64,000 nucleotides of DNA from Octopus bimaculoides (Eukaryota): assembly GCF_001194135.2 (NCBI RefSeq), contig NC_069004.1:20980611-21044610 (forward strand). Reading direction: 5' to 3'. This document shows, one piece after another, positions 51,323 to 64,000 of this stretch. The notes beneath the pieces were generated by a model. That model was not told the DNA's origin. It saw nothing but the letters and a program-made list of their open reading frames with translations, and ran no database searches. The position numbers were made by a program, and so were the translations under genes. Within the stretch, counting starts at the first letter, position 1; each line of letters begins with the position of its first letter.

Positions 51323-51750
51323 TGTGTGTCTATGTTTGTCCCTCCACTATTGCTTGACAACAAATGTTGGCATGTTTACATCTTCATAACTTAGTGGTTC
51401 AGCAAAAGAGACTGATAGAATAAGTACTAGGCTTACAAGGAATAAGTCCTGGGGTTGATTTGTTTGACTAAAGGTGGTGCTCCAACATGGCTGCAGTTAA
51501 ATGACTAAAAAAAAAATATGTGAGTGTGTTTGTATGTCTTTGTGTCTGTTTGTCCCCCACCTTTTCACTGCTTGATAATCGGTGTTGGTGTGTTTATGTC
51601 CCTGTAACATAGCAGTTTGGCAAAACGGACCGATAGAATAAGTACTAGGCTTAAAAAAAAAGAAGTCAAGGGGTCGATTTGTTTGACTAAAATCCTTCAA
51701 AGCATTGCTCCAGCATGGCCATAGTCAATTGACTGAAACAAATAAAAGAA
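51270..51750 (+). mobile_element. Two tandem SINE family A 3' halves
   Basis: Repeated GATAGAATAAGTACTAGGCTT..GGGGT(C/T)GATTTGTTTGACTAAA..CATGGC..GACT motif. Confidence 0.8.
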
Positions 51751-52449
51751 TAAAAGAAGAGAAAAATCACACAAAAAAAAAGAAAACTTAGCATAAAACA
51801 ATGAAAACAGACAAGAAGGAAGCATTTCTTCTAAATGACAATGAAATCTCACTTCTGGAAAATAAAGGAGAAAATGAAAAGATTAAAGATGTATTAAGAT
51901 TCACCATTCTTCAAAAATCAAGCTAAACTGATTACTTTAACAAAAAAAGGACACATTAAAAAAATGTAGACTGAAGTGGACGTTTGAAACAAAATAAAAA
52001 GACAAGATGCTTTTCATCTTTGGTCTGCCAGAACATAGATGACCTGGGCTAAATAAAAATAACATAAATATCTGCATTAGGTTTGAACCCCCAACAACTA
52101 TGTTATCCTCACAGCCATTCCACCACATGCTAAGTATGCTATCTACTGGGAGTATTTGTGAATCTATTTATACTTAGCTTTGTAGGTGTTAAACCTCCTA
52201 TCATGCTTGCCAAAATGGCTTGTCATTTAATTACACCTGGTGGGATACATCTCTATTTACAGCATAAACTGGGTTTAATATATCAAAGAAAGCTTTATTC
52301 AATAACAGATGCTCACATATACATACATATGCACATGCATATACACACATATATTTATATCATTTTACACACACATTCACATGCACACATAACATTATTA
52401 TCATTTTTATGCCTGTTATTTCCATGTAGGACATTGGTTTAAAAGTACT

Positions 52450-54760
52450 TTTTGAGACAGTTTTTTATAGCCAGATATGCTGATGACCTAGTTTACATGG
52501 CAGAATTTATAGTGGAATTAGAGAGGAATCAAGAGATCACAAGGCAAACTTAGCAAAAATTATGGTTTTGGTAAGTAGGAAAGAAATCAGGATCCTGGTG
52601 TCTTCAGGGAAACAGCCTTGCTCAACAGACAGAAAAGGTGTAGGTATAAATTTTATATGCTGAACTCAGTGTAAGCTACGGACACACAAGTGATATTGTG
52701 GAATTACATAAAGACAAGCAGAGGAAATAAGCTTCCTATGTGACAAACACACTTGAATAATACATATGAGAATACCAGACATAGATTCTTTCAAATGCCA
52801 AAGTGGCTTACTAGAAGTAGTCAAAAATGTTTGTTTGCTAGGAGTAAGGTAGGCAGTAAGGCAGGGGTTGGACAAAATAATGGAAACACCTTAAAATTTC
52901 AAACAAATTTAATTTAATATGGGCTAGGACCACCTTTGGTAGTAATTATAGCTTGAATTCTACGAGGTGTGGACTCATACAAAGTTTGAATTGTTTCCAA
53001 AGGAATTTTTGTCCATTCTTCAGCTAAAACAGTCTCCAGTTCTTGTAGTGATGATGGTGGAGGATATAAACTCCTTACTTGTTTTTCCAAAATGCACCAT
53101 TTCAATAATATTGAGATCTGGGGACTGTGGTGGCCAGATAAAATGTTCAACTTCACTAGAATGTTCCTTGTGCCATTCAATAACTTTAGCTGGTGCATTA
53201 TCATCCTGAAAGATAGCATTTCCCTCTGGAAACAGTTCCGCAAACATAGGATGAATTTGATCAGATAAAATGCTTAAATAGTCTTGACAATTAATTTTGC
53301 CATGAACAGAAACCATTGGGCTGGCGGATTTCCAAGATACAGCCCATCAGATCATTACAGATCCTCTTCCATGTTTAACAGTTGGAAGAAGGCAGTCTGG
53401 GTCAAATGCTTCTTTTGGCTGTCTTCACATGTACATTCAGCCAGTGGTCAGAAATAAGGTAAAGGATGACTCATCCGAGAAAATAACATTCTTCCACTGC
53501 TCTAGGGACCAATTCTGTAGGTCTTTACTCCATTCTAAATGCTTTGCAACATTTGTTTTTGAAAGTAGTGGTTTTCTGATTGCAGCCCTCCCGTGAAATC
53601 CGGCTTTGTGCAGCTCCCGGTGAACAGTTTTTGTGGAAACTGAGTTCTCGAGGTGGTCATTAAGCTCTGCAATAATTTTGGGAGCTGTACTTTTGTGATA
53701 CTTTCTAACAATTTGCATAAGAGTACAACGGTCCCTATCTGAAAGTTTTGGCTTTCTTCCAGAGTTTTGTTTTGACGAGGAGGTTTTTCACTCTTTCTCA
53801 AAGGCTGTCATAACTTTTGAGACCGTACTTCTTGATACACAAAACATTTCGGTTGTTTTCATTATGCTAGCGCCTACCATATGAGAACCAGGAATTTGAC
53901 CTCTTTGAAAGTCTGATAGATCTGTCATTTTAATGAATTTTAATTTTTCTGATGATATATGAAAAAAAACAGCAATTCTAGCAAAACATATTAAGCAACA
54001 CTAATAATAAATCAAAAAACATAAAAATAGACAAGCTTTTGATGGTTTTATAGATATTTCAAAATTATGATGCTATGGTGTTTCCATTATTTTGTCCAAC
54101 TCCTGTAGTAGTTAAAGTAAGGAAAGGTTGGAAGAAGTTCAGAAAGTTACTGCTGCTGCTGGCAACAAAGGTCTTTTCCTTTAGTGTGAAGGGTAGATTG
54201 TATGACACTTATGTTAGTACTGTGATGCAGTATGGGAGTGAGATATGAGCCCTGAAACCTGAAGATTATAAAGAATAGAAAGAAATGAAGCTGATATTTC
54301 CAAAGGATGTTNNNNNNNNNNNNNNNNNNNNNNNNNNNNNNNNNNNNNNNNNNNNNNNNNNNNNNNNNNNNNNNNNNNNNNNNNNNNNNNNNNNNNNNNN
54401 NNNNNNNNNNNNNNNNNNNNNNNNNNNNNNNNNNNNNNNNNNNNNNNNNNNNNNNNNNNNNNNNNNNNNNNNNNNNNNNNNNNNNNNNNNNNNNNNNNNN
54501 NNNNNNNNNNNNCAGAAAAAAACTGAGTCTAAAAGGAATCAGGTGTAGTGTGCATCTGGTATGGGCAGGTGATGTGTATGGCAGATAACAGCTGCATACA
54601 AAGGAAATGAGTACTTCAAGAGAACAGAACCGGAAGACAGGGGAGACTAAGGAAAAGTTGGGATGATGTGGTGAAGGCTAACCAGTAGATGCTATATTTT
54701 ATGGAGGAGACACAAAGGACCAGATTGACTGGCAATATGCACCCTGCAGAAGACCCATCC
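52450..54760 (+). mobile_element. Old RTE fragment split by a Tc1 insertion and a gap
   Basis: RYADDLV before 52860; FRKLL..VKGRLYDT..YGSE after 54108. Confidence 0.7.
52862..54105 (-). mobile_element. Full-length Tc1-like (DD34E-type) transposon, transposase pseudogene
   Basis: 29-bp TIRs CAGGGGTTGGACAAAATAATGGAAACACC and GGTGTTTCCATTATTTTGTCCAACTCCTG|TA. Motifs MTDLSDFQRGQI, IFSDES, FQDDNAP and WPPQSPDLNIIE in shifting frames. Confidence 0.95.
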
Positions 54761-54799
54761 ACTCATGGAAAAATAATCCCAAATTTGGTGTTGTGATTA

Positions 54800-55470
54800 C
54801 GCTGTAACACAGTGTCTGCCAAACTGTGTGTTGCGGCACAATGATGTGCTGCAAAAACATATTTTCAGGATTTTCAGGAAACAACGATCCAAGAATAGTC
54901 ATAATGTTTGAGTGCAAATATAAATTAATTATATAAATTGTAATGTGGTATGAAAGAAGGAAAGTTGTACATCTAGTCGAGTTAACGGCTCCTCATGAAG
55001 ATAACATGGACACCGCACGAGCTCGAAAGATTGACGGTTATCTAAACCTCCTCGAGAAATGTGAAGACGCAGGCTGGAAAGTGGAGCATTTTCCAATCGA
55101 AGTTGGATGTAGAGGGTTTGTTGGACACAGTGTGAGACGACTGCTGTTATCGTTAGGCCTAACTCATCGTGATGTAAATACCACCATGAGTGATATCCAA
55201 ACTACAGTGGAGAAGGCTAAGCCACTGGATTTAGTTAAAAAGAGACAATGAGCGATGGCTCGAGAAATATTGAGCTTTGTTTTTAATAATCAGTTGATCT
55301 AGCAAGCGGGGCCTCATATCAGTGAAGGAGGTCGGTGTGCATTGATGCCGTCGAGAGGTAGGCTCTGAAACAGCGCACATTCTCTCCTGATGACCCCATG
55401 CGCTTGCTGGCTTCCGGTATGCGGAGTTCTCGACTGGCAGCACTTGCATGTGTGAGTTGTTTGCAAGATA
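54800..55470 (+). mobile_element. RLE-type LINE 3' end (HERO/NeSL-like): endonuclease domain plus 3' UTR
   Basis: LRHNDVL, then VELTAPHEDNMDTARARKIDGY..GWKVEHFPIEVGCRGF. The 3' UTR is homologous to ~12553-12640. Confidence 0.8.
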
Positions 55471-55688
55471 TCTAAAATATGGTGAATATAAATTAATTAC
55501 GCTACACGACAAACAGCAGTTTTGCTACAATATATTACATTTCTGCACTTAAACCAGGATTGTCTGTAAGTAAATTGTTTAGTAGTCCTAGTAGTTTTTA
55601 ATTTTTGATTTATTTATAATTTACATAAATTATTTTATGTTAATTTAAATCAATTTTTAGTTTTAGATTTAAACATGGAGAAATTTGT

Positions 55689-57392
55689 TTGAGACCTCAG
55701 AAAAATGAGAAAGAGAATCGTAGCAAACAAGATGAACACCAGAATAAAAAGTCTGCCTCATCAAAACGAAAACATAATGAAGATTACATCCCATATTGTT
55801 TTATATTATCAGTAAAAGACAACTTGGTTCCTTCTTGTATGATTTGTTTAACAACACTCTCAAATGAAGCGATGGTTCCAAGGAAACCTCAATGGCATTT
55901 AATAACAAATCATCTGCAACATAAGGACAAACCAAAAGAATACTTTGAAATGCTAAAAAATAATTTTAAAACTCGGTTAAAAAGGCTGAAGAAATTTCAC
56001 TCAATTCCTGAGAAAGCTCAAATCGCTAGTTACAAGATTGCCCAGCTTTTGGCAAAGAAGAAAAAACCACATTCTGATGCCAAAAACATTATTTTACCAG
56101 CCTTGGAGATCACCGTTGGCACAATGATTAGTGATGAAGCTATCAAACAAATTAAGACCATTCCTTTGTCTGTCCTCACAATTTCTCAAAAAAAATTCAA
56201 GACATTTCATGAGACATTGATGATCAGCTCTTGTGGGCCTTACAAATCGATGAAAATACAGACATCAGCAACAAGGCTCAACTAATTTCATTTCTGCAAA
56301 TCATCAGAGGTGGTAAAATCATAAGTCAGTTTTTCTTTTGTTGTGATTTCAAGGAAAGAATGACAGGAGGAGATGTCTTTAACCTGGTAAACCAAAATGT
56401 CGTATTGAGAGGGATGCAGTGGCAAACTTGTATTAACATTTGCCCTGATCGCTCTCCATCCATGCAGGGTCAAAAAATGGCTTCATGGCTCATGCATTAC
56501 AAAAAAATTCAGAAGTTAAAATTGTACATGGCATGATTCACTGCAAAGTTTTGGCATCAAAATCTCTACCTGATGGTCTCCTGAAGATGATGGACAATGT
56601 TGGTAAAGTGGTGAATTATATAAAATCACATTCCCTATGGTGCAGACTTTTTGCATCCTTATGTGAAACTATGGATTCTGATTTTAAGTATTTACTGCTA
56701 AATACAGAAGTGCGATGACTCTTGAAAGGAAAAAGTGCTCTCTCGATCTATCTCTTTGCAAACTGAAATGACATGTTTCTTCAATGTTGAAAATGCTGGA
56801 TTTGAATTTCTTAACAATGATAAGTTGAACATTTCAAATTTGAGACTGCAAGGAGCGAATGAAAATATTATTACAATTACCGACAAGCTAGAACTGTGGA
56901 TGAGGAAAGTTAAAGACTTGCAGCTTGATTGCTTCCCAGGCATAGAGGCTTTTCCAAATAAATTTAAAATTTTGTCAGAATTGCAGAAGACAGTAGAAAA
57001 CCTCTCTGTATCATTTTCTAAGTACTTTCCATCATTTGATTATCAAACGTATGAGTGGGTCATCAATCCTTTGGCAAGAGACATACCTGCCATTAAAATT
57101 AACAGAAGAAACTTTACGACTTGAAAAACGATCCTGTGCACAAGGCCTCATTTTCTGTGCCAGAATTGTCAGAATTTTAGATTTCGCTTTGGAGCCAATA
57201 TCCTTGATTAGTTACTACAGCCATTAAAACTCTGTTGCCTTTTGGATCATCATATCTTTGTGAATTGGGTATCTCTGCACTTAAGGAAATGAAGTCAAAA
57301 AAATGGGAACGGTTACAGATGGTAGATGAGGAGTTACGTATTTGTTTATCTAATTTAGAACCACGTTTTGACAAAAGTCTTTCTCAAAATAA
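55689..57392 (+). pseudogene. hAT (Buster/Charlie-like) transposase, frameshifted
   Basis: BED-finger-like CMICLTTLSNEAM..HL..H, ALQIDENTDISNKAQL, HGMIHCKVLASK, NTEVR, LLPFGSSYLCELGISAL. Confidence 0.9.
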
Positions 57393-59467
57393 NNNNNNNN
57401 NNNNNNNNNNNNNNNNNNNNNNNNNNNNNNNNNNNNNNNNNNNNNNNNNNNNNNNNNNNNNNNNNNNNNNNNNNNNNNNNNNNNNNNNNNNNTATAATTA
57501 TGTATGTACGTATGTATGTATACTGCTCTCCACAAAGCTCATCTTATCAGCCATTATTATCTTCCCTTCTCTCTCCCTTTCTCAGGGCCTCCTTTGTTTA
57601 TAATGCTCATGTAGTATTTATATTCTGCTTTTCCTCTTCTTCCTACTACATCTACTTCTCATTCCCTCTCCCCCTGTCTCCTTTTTTCTCACTGCCCTTT
57701 CTCTAAAAAGCTTCTTTGCCTCCTCAACACCCCTTCTCAACTTTTTCCCTCTGATCTACCCCAATGACCCCTCCCACCACATCTCTCTTTCCATAAATGA
57801 CTCTCTCAGAATTCCTCTCCACCCAAGTCTACAGTTCCCTTTGTGCACCCTTTCTTTCATACTTTCTTGCTACTTATAATATCAAATAACCTTATATCAT
57901 TCCCCAGTTACACAACCCACCCATCACCTTTCTAGCTCTATCCCTTCTTTTTCTCAGTTCTGTCACTAATCCCTTCCCCCTTTTTCTTTGCCATACTCCA
58001 CCATCCTCCCCTTTTGCCATTCTCTCTTCCTTCCATCCAAGATCATTATTTACTCTCACTTCTATTCTCCTTAAGTTATAATGACCACTTTAGTGCTTTA
58101 GCCTTCTAAATTATGAGGTAATCATCGCTAGTATTGGTACCACAAAAGAATGCATCCACTACACTCTGTAAAGTGGTTAGAGTTAGGAAGGGCATCCATC
58201 TGTAGAAACCATTCTGAAGAAGACATGAAGATATTGGGGTGTGACACAGTCCTCAAACTTTAGTCTTTATATAGTGAGTCAAAAAGTGGTCAGTCTTATA
58301 GAATTCATTTCTAACCAAAGTTATTGAGAATGACTAGAAGTCATTAAGACACAATTAATGCCATGTAGCTAAAATGTTTGCTTAGCATAATTGTGCAGTT
58401 AAGAAGTTTGCTTGTTATGACCATGCGGTTAAGAAGGTCACTTGGCATGGATATGTGGTTAAGGAATTTGTTTCACCATCAACTGGGTGCAATCAAAGAT
58501 TTCATAATCAAATTGGTGTAATTTCAATCCCATTGCATGGCACCTTGGAGAGGTATCTTCTATCCTGGCCTTAGGTCAACACAAGCCTTGATAGTAAAAT
58601 TGGATGAATGGAAATATTTTACTGAATGGTGTGATTAATCTGTCACCCAGTTTAACACCACTATCTGGTCCTTGGGTGCTTTTAGTAGAGTGCACACTAC
58701 TACAAGCCTTCAGAACAGGTCTCCCAACTGAGAATATTAAAACATTTTTTTCTTTTCCTCCATCAGGCTAGAAGGCTCTGAAAAGGGCCACAAGTGATGC
58801 CCTTCCTCTCCTGATGAAGCCATAAAAAATGTTTAACCCTCTAGTATTCAGATTACTCTGTCAAATGTAATGCTTATTTATTCCCATTGTTTTGAATTAA
58901 TCATGCATTATCTCATAGCTTTGAAATTTGGTGATGTGATTGTTTATTTTTAGACTGACATTGTAGGGTAAGTGTAAGAAGTGGGATCTGGCTAGTTTAA
59001 GCATAAAACAGGTAGAATATTTAAGCCATATATGACTGGTTTAACTACTAATGGTTAAATTGCTAGAAGTGAATTGAAGTATCTCAAATGAGAACTAAAC
59101 TTGTATCACTAGAGCTTACAACACTCACAATGATGGAAAAAGCACCAATGATATACCAGAGTTAATGATTCAGTTAACTACACCCTTCTTCTATCAAAAA
59201 ACTGGCTATGTGCTCAAGTCAAAAATGAAATCAGTGTTTTTTTAAGTGATTATGTTCCACAAGATATTTGCAAACATTATGAAAATATTTTTGCTTAAAT
59301 AGAATTTGATAAAACATTCTGACATTAACAAGAATGTTCATTTAGATGAAAAAAGGTTTTATAATTTTTTTGTTTTCCTGACAAAAAGAGATAAGAAATG
59401 TTTGATAGAAATGAAGATTTAGAAGTCAAAGTAGAAAACTGGCCAAGAAAAACATGGGAAAATTATG

Positions 59468-59547
59468 TTACCACCACCNNNNNNNNNNNNNNNNNNNNNN
59501 NNNNNNNNNNNNNNNNNNNNNNNNNNNNNNNNNNNNNNNNNNNNNNN

Positions 59548-59578
<31 letters not shown>

Positions 59579-59637
59579 CGACGACGACGACGGCGGCGAC
59601 GACGACGGCGGCGACGACGACGACGACAATAATAATT
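59468..59637. repeat. (CAC)/(ACA)/(GAC/GGC) trinucleotide tract with gap
   Basis: Direct reading. Confidence 0.95.
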
Positions 59638-60154
59638 GTGGGAGAGCCATTCTAGCCATTTCAAAACACACGCAATTATTAAATTAATTGTAAATATATT
59701 TAAGGAAACATCAACAATTTCAGAGTATAGCTTTGACTGGCTAGCAATTCCATTGCAACTGTTTAAAAGTTGTTAATAATTTTTATACAGCTTAAGTTTT
59801 CCTTTCTTTACCTTTTTGCTTAGTTTTTTTCTTTTGCATTGAGCTTACAAATAAATGAACTTGCATTCATGTAAATTAAATTTGAGATCATGATGTCACT
59901 CATTTCGTCCTTTTCAGTTTCCATTTTCTTTTACTTTTTTTAAAACACTGAATTATTGTCATTATTTCACTTTATTTCATTCTTTATTTATTTCCACAAT
60001 GTATGTATATATAGAGAGCCTGAAAGATTGCTTGGAGATACACGGAAAATTTTATAAATATGCCTAGTTAAAGTGTCATAAAAACATGAAACTGTTACTA
60101 GCTCTTTTGGTTGTGTATTAAATTGAGATATATATATACATATATATAATTTTA

Positions 60155-60726
60155 TTCTTTTACTTGTTTCAGTCATTTGACTGAGGCCATACAGAAGCAT
60201 CACATTTAGTCAAACAAATCGCCCCCAGGGCTTATTCTTTGTAAGCCTAGTATTTATTCTATCGGTCTCTTTTGCCAAACCACTATGTTATGAAGATGTA
60301 AACACACCAACATCGGTTGTCAAGCAATGGTGGACAAACACAGATACACAAATACATACATATATATATATATATACGACAGGCTTCTTTCAGTTCCTGT
60401 CTACCAAATCCACTCACAAAGCTTTGGTTGGCCGAAGGCTATAGTAGAAGACACTTGCCCAAGGTGTCATGCAGTGAACCCAGAACCATGTGGTTGGGAA
60501 GCAAGCTTCTTACCACTCAGCCACTCCTGTACCAATTATCTTTTACTCGTTTCAGTCACAAGACAGCAGCCATGTTGGAGTACCACCTTGAAGAATTTTA
60601 ATAAACAAACCAACCCCACACTTATATCTTTTTTTAAGCCTGGTACTTATTTTATTGGTCTCTTTTGTTGAACCATGAAGTTATAGGGACATGAACACCT
60701 GTTGTTAAGCAGTGTGTGTTTGTGTA

Positions 60727-60730
<4 letters not shown>
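60155..60730 (-). mobile_element. SINE family A full copy plus adjacent partial copy
   Basis: Collinear with 2378-2772. Confidence 0.85.
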
Positions 60731-60760
<30 letters not shown>

Positions 60761-61093
60761 GAGAACACAAATGGAATTTAAACATTCACAATAGCCACTT
60801 CAGTAGCAATTTTTTCTTATTGATGAATAATCTAATTACTCTCATTGGGTGATTTTAAACATAGAAGAAAATTCAAATCAACTCTCTTTACCAAGCATTA
60901 GCAAAGTGATGTAATTGTAGTAATTGAACTATTCATCATCAAAAAAAAAAAAAAAAGTGCTGCTGAAACAGCTGCTCTAAATTGTTTAACTCTACATCTC
61001 TTCTTTTATGCAAACACCATATTTGGAACCATCCTTATATTGGATCTATAATTTGCATTGCATTAGATCAAGAAACTGTGACAGTGTGTGTGC

Positions 61094-61125
<32 letters not shown>

Positions 61126-61253
61126 ATTTATATACATGCACATATATAAATGTATGTATATGTATGATATGTCTCCATATGTGTGGGACTCGATTCTTTC
61201 CCAGCGTCCTGAATGTTAAGACACCTACATTCTAATGGGTCGTACAACTGATT

Positions 61254-64000
61254 ATCATCATCATCATCATCATCGTTGTTTAATGTCCACTTTCAATGCT
61301 GGCATGGTTTGGACGGTTTGACTGAGGACTGGTGAGCCTGAAGGCTGCGTCAGGCTCAATCTGATCTGGAAAAGTTTCTACAGCTGGATGCCCTCCCTAA
61401 TGCCAACCACTCTGAGAGTGTAGTGGGTGCTCTTACATGCTCGAATGGTGCTTTTTACGTGTCACTGGCATGGGAGCCAATCTGTGGCCCAGGCAACGAT
61501 CATGCTTGGATGTGCTTTTAACGTTCCACTGGCACAAGTGCCAATCAGGTGGTACTGTCATCGGCCACATCAGCGATTTTGATCTTGATTTCCTTTATCT
61601 CAGTAGGTCTTCACAAGCAAAGTTTACTGTCCAATGAACGAGGGGTATTCATAAGTGGGCTGGTAACACCCACTGGCATAGGCCATGGGCTATGGTCTCA
61701 CTTGGCTTGTCGGGTCTTCTCAAGCACAGCATAGCTCCAAAGGTCTCGGTTACTAGTCATTGCCTCAGTAAGGCCCAATAGTCGAAGGTTGTGCTTTACC
61801 ACCTCATCCTAGGTCTACTTCTTCCACAGGTTCCCTCAACTGCTAGCGTGTGACACTTTTTCACACAGCTGTCCTCATAACCATAACCATACCACATAAC
61901 ACATAACCATACCAGGGCAGTCATCTCTCTTGCTCACCACATCTGATGCTTCTTACATCCAACTTTTCTCTCAGGGCGCTTACACTCTGTTGAGTATGCA
62001 CACTGACATTACACATCCAGCGGAGCATACTCACTTCATTTCTTGCAAGCTTACACATGCCCTCAGCAGTCATGGCCCATGTTTCACTGCCATGTAGCAT
62101 GGCTGTTTGTACACATGCATCATACAGTCTACCTTTCAACCTGAGCGAGAGGCCCTTTGTCACCAGCAGTGGTAGAAGCTCTCTGAACTTTGCCCACACT
62201 ATTCTTATTCTAGCAGCTACACTTTCAGAGCATCCATCCCAGCAACTGACTTGGTCCCCTAGGTAATGGAAGCTATCAACTACTCCTAGTTTTTCTCCCT
62301 GGAATGTGGCAGAAGTTGTTTTCTGCACATTTCCAGTGTTTATTGATCCTGAACATCTGCCACATACAAAAACTATCTTCCCAGTGAGCCTTCCTTTGAT
62401 ATTGCTGCACTTCTTATGTGTCCTTAGCTTACACAGGGTACATCTTATGGAATTTCTACCTTGCCTTTTCTACAGCTCAAGCAGGGCCATCTACCTGAAG
62501 GGATTTGTGGTTTGTCTGCCTTCCTACTTATTAAGAGTTTGGTTTTAGCTAGGCTGACTCAAAGGCCCTTCAATCCTAATCCTTGCATCCACACCTGAAA
62601 CTTCTCAAGTTCTGATAGTGACTCAGCAATTAGAGCAAGGTCATCAGCACAGAGGAGCTCCCAGGGGCGTCCTGTCTTGAATTAGAGTGGGCTGAGGACT
62701 GATCCTTGGTGGACCCCTACTCCTACCTGGAATTCTTCACTGTACTCATTGCCAACCCTCACCTTACTAACAGCGTCTCTGTACATGGCTCGCACAGTTC
62801 TCACTAACCATTCATCTATCCCTAGTTTCTTCATTGACCACCAGATAAGGGATCGGTGGACCCTGTCAAAGGCTTTCTCCATGTCAACGAAAGCCAGGTA
62901 CAGAGGTTTATCTTTGGCTAGGTATTTCTCTTGCAGCTGTCTTACCAGAAATATAGCATCAGTGGTGCTTTCCCTGGCATAAACCCAAACTGCATCTCAT
63001 CTAGACTGACTCTCTCCCTAATTAGTTGGGCTATGACCCTCTCGGTAACCTTCATTACCTGGTCCAACAACTTGATACCTCTGTTATTATTTCTATCTAA
63101 AGTGTCACCTTTACCTTTGTAGCAGTTGACTATGGTGTTGCTACACCAGTCATTGGGTATGACTCCTTCGTGTATCACCTGGTTAACTATACGGGTGACT
63201 AGGCTATAGCTGACATCACCAGATATTTTGAGCATCTCTACGGTGATTCCTGATGGGCCTGGGGCTTTCCTGGTATTCATACCCTTAATTGCTTTATTTA
63301 CAAATGTACTGTAAATTCGGATAGTTGGCCCCTCTGTTGGGTCAGCATTCAGCAGACTCTCTTTCTCCCATTCATTCTCTTTATTTAGCAACCTTTCATA
63401 GTGGTGTCTCCAAACCTCTCTCTTTGCAGCCTTGTTTAATGCAAGTGAACCATAATCCATGCAGACACATTTCTCTCCTACAACATCATGATTCTCTCTC
63501 ACACACTGTCTTGCAACACGAAATACCTTGAGTCTTTGGTCCTCACAGTGCAGAACATAGGTAAATTTTTTATCTGCTTCCCCTCTGGCTAAATAAACCT
63601 GTCTCCTAGCTTCCCTTCTGGCAGTCTGATACAATTCCCTTCTACCACCATTCTTCCAGTCCTTCCAAGCTTGTTTCTTTTCCCTAATAGCCCTGTCAAC
63701 AACATTGTTCCACCACCATGTTACCTTGGGTCGAGAAGGGACTTTGCATCATCTACAGATATGGTCAGTGGCCCTCAGCAGGTTGTCCCGTAGAAACCTC
63801 CAGTTGTCTTCCACATCATGTGATGTTATATCTCCCTCTATTTCATCAAAAGCTTCAAGTAATACGTCTCTAAATCTCTATCTATTCGCAGGATTTTCAA
63901 GCTTCCAGACCCTTCTCCATGCTGGTCGTCTTCTGGGCATCCATTTAGCCCTGATCCTGAAGTCACTAACTACTAGTCTATGTTGTGGGGTACATTCTTC
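61254..64000 (-). mobile_element. RTE LINE (RT, C-terminus, 3' UTR, (GAT)n tail), running off the window edge, frameshifted
   Basis: KAPGPSGI, NCYKGKGD, MEKAFDRV, GVHQGSVLSPL, LL(C)ADD, VVDSFHYLGD, MLHGSETW. Confidence 0.96.

Noticed and set aside
1-64000. CRISPR arrays, operons, phage or defence systems, rRNA
   Set aside because: The sequence is eukaryotic and repeat-rich; no regularly spaced repeat-spacer array, rRNA-like sequence or prokaryotic gene organisation was seen.

Overview
AT-rich eukaryotic DNA dense in microsatellites and transposons, with many N gaps. The SINE/LINE content suggests an octopus or other coleoid cephalopod (inference from repeat content). The one host gene I can support is missed by the ORF track: three small minus-strand exons (19924-20003, 16520-16601, 4263-4334; 80/82/72 nt; all GT-AG). 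They splice in frame to a Rab22/Rab31-like small GTPase with a strongly divergent switch I and switch II. The rest is mostly decayed mobile DNA: RTE LINEs, Penelope-like elements (PLEs), R4- and HERO-like restriction-like-endonuclease (RLE) LINE fragments, a CR1-like fragment, Tc1/mariner/maT and hAT transposons, an internally deleted Gypsy element with LTRs, PBS, PPT and TSD, and at least four tRNA-derived SINE families. The most notable non-coding signal is a set of minimal type-I hammerhead ribozyme motifs, two of them at opposite ends of a ~1.9-kb non-coding fold-back element. Several independent fold-back or templated-copy structures also occur. I saw no prokaryotic features, CRISPR arrays, rRNA or true tRNA genes. 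All alignments and folds were done by eye, and most repeat boundaries are approximate.
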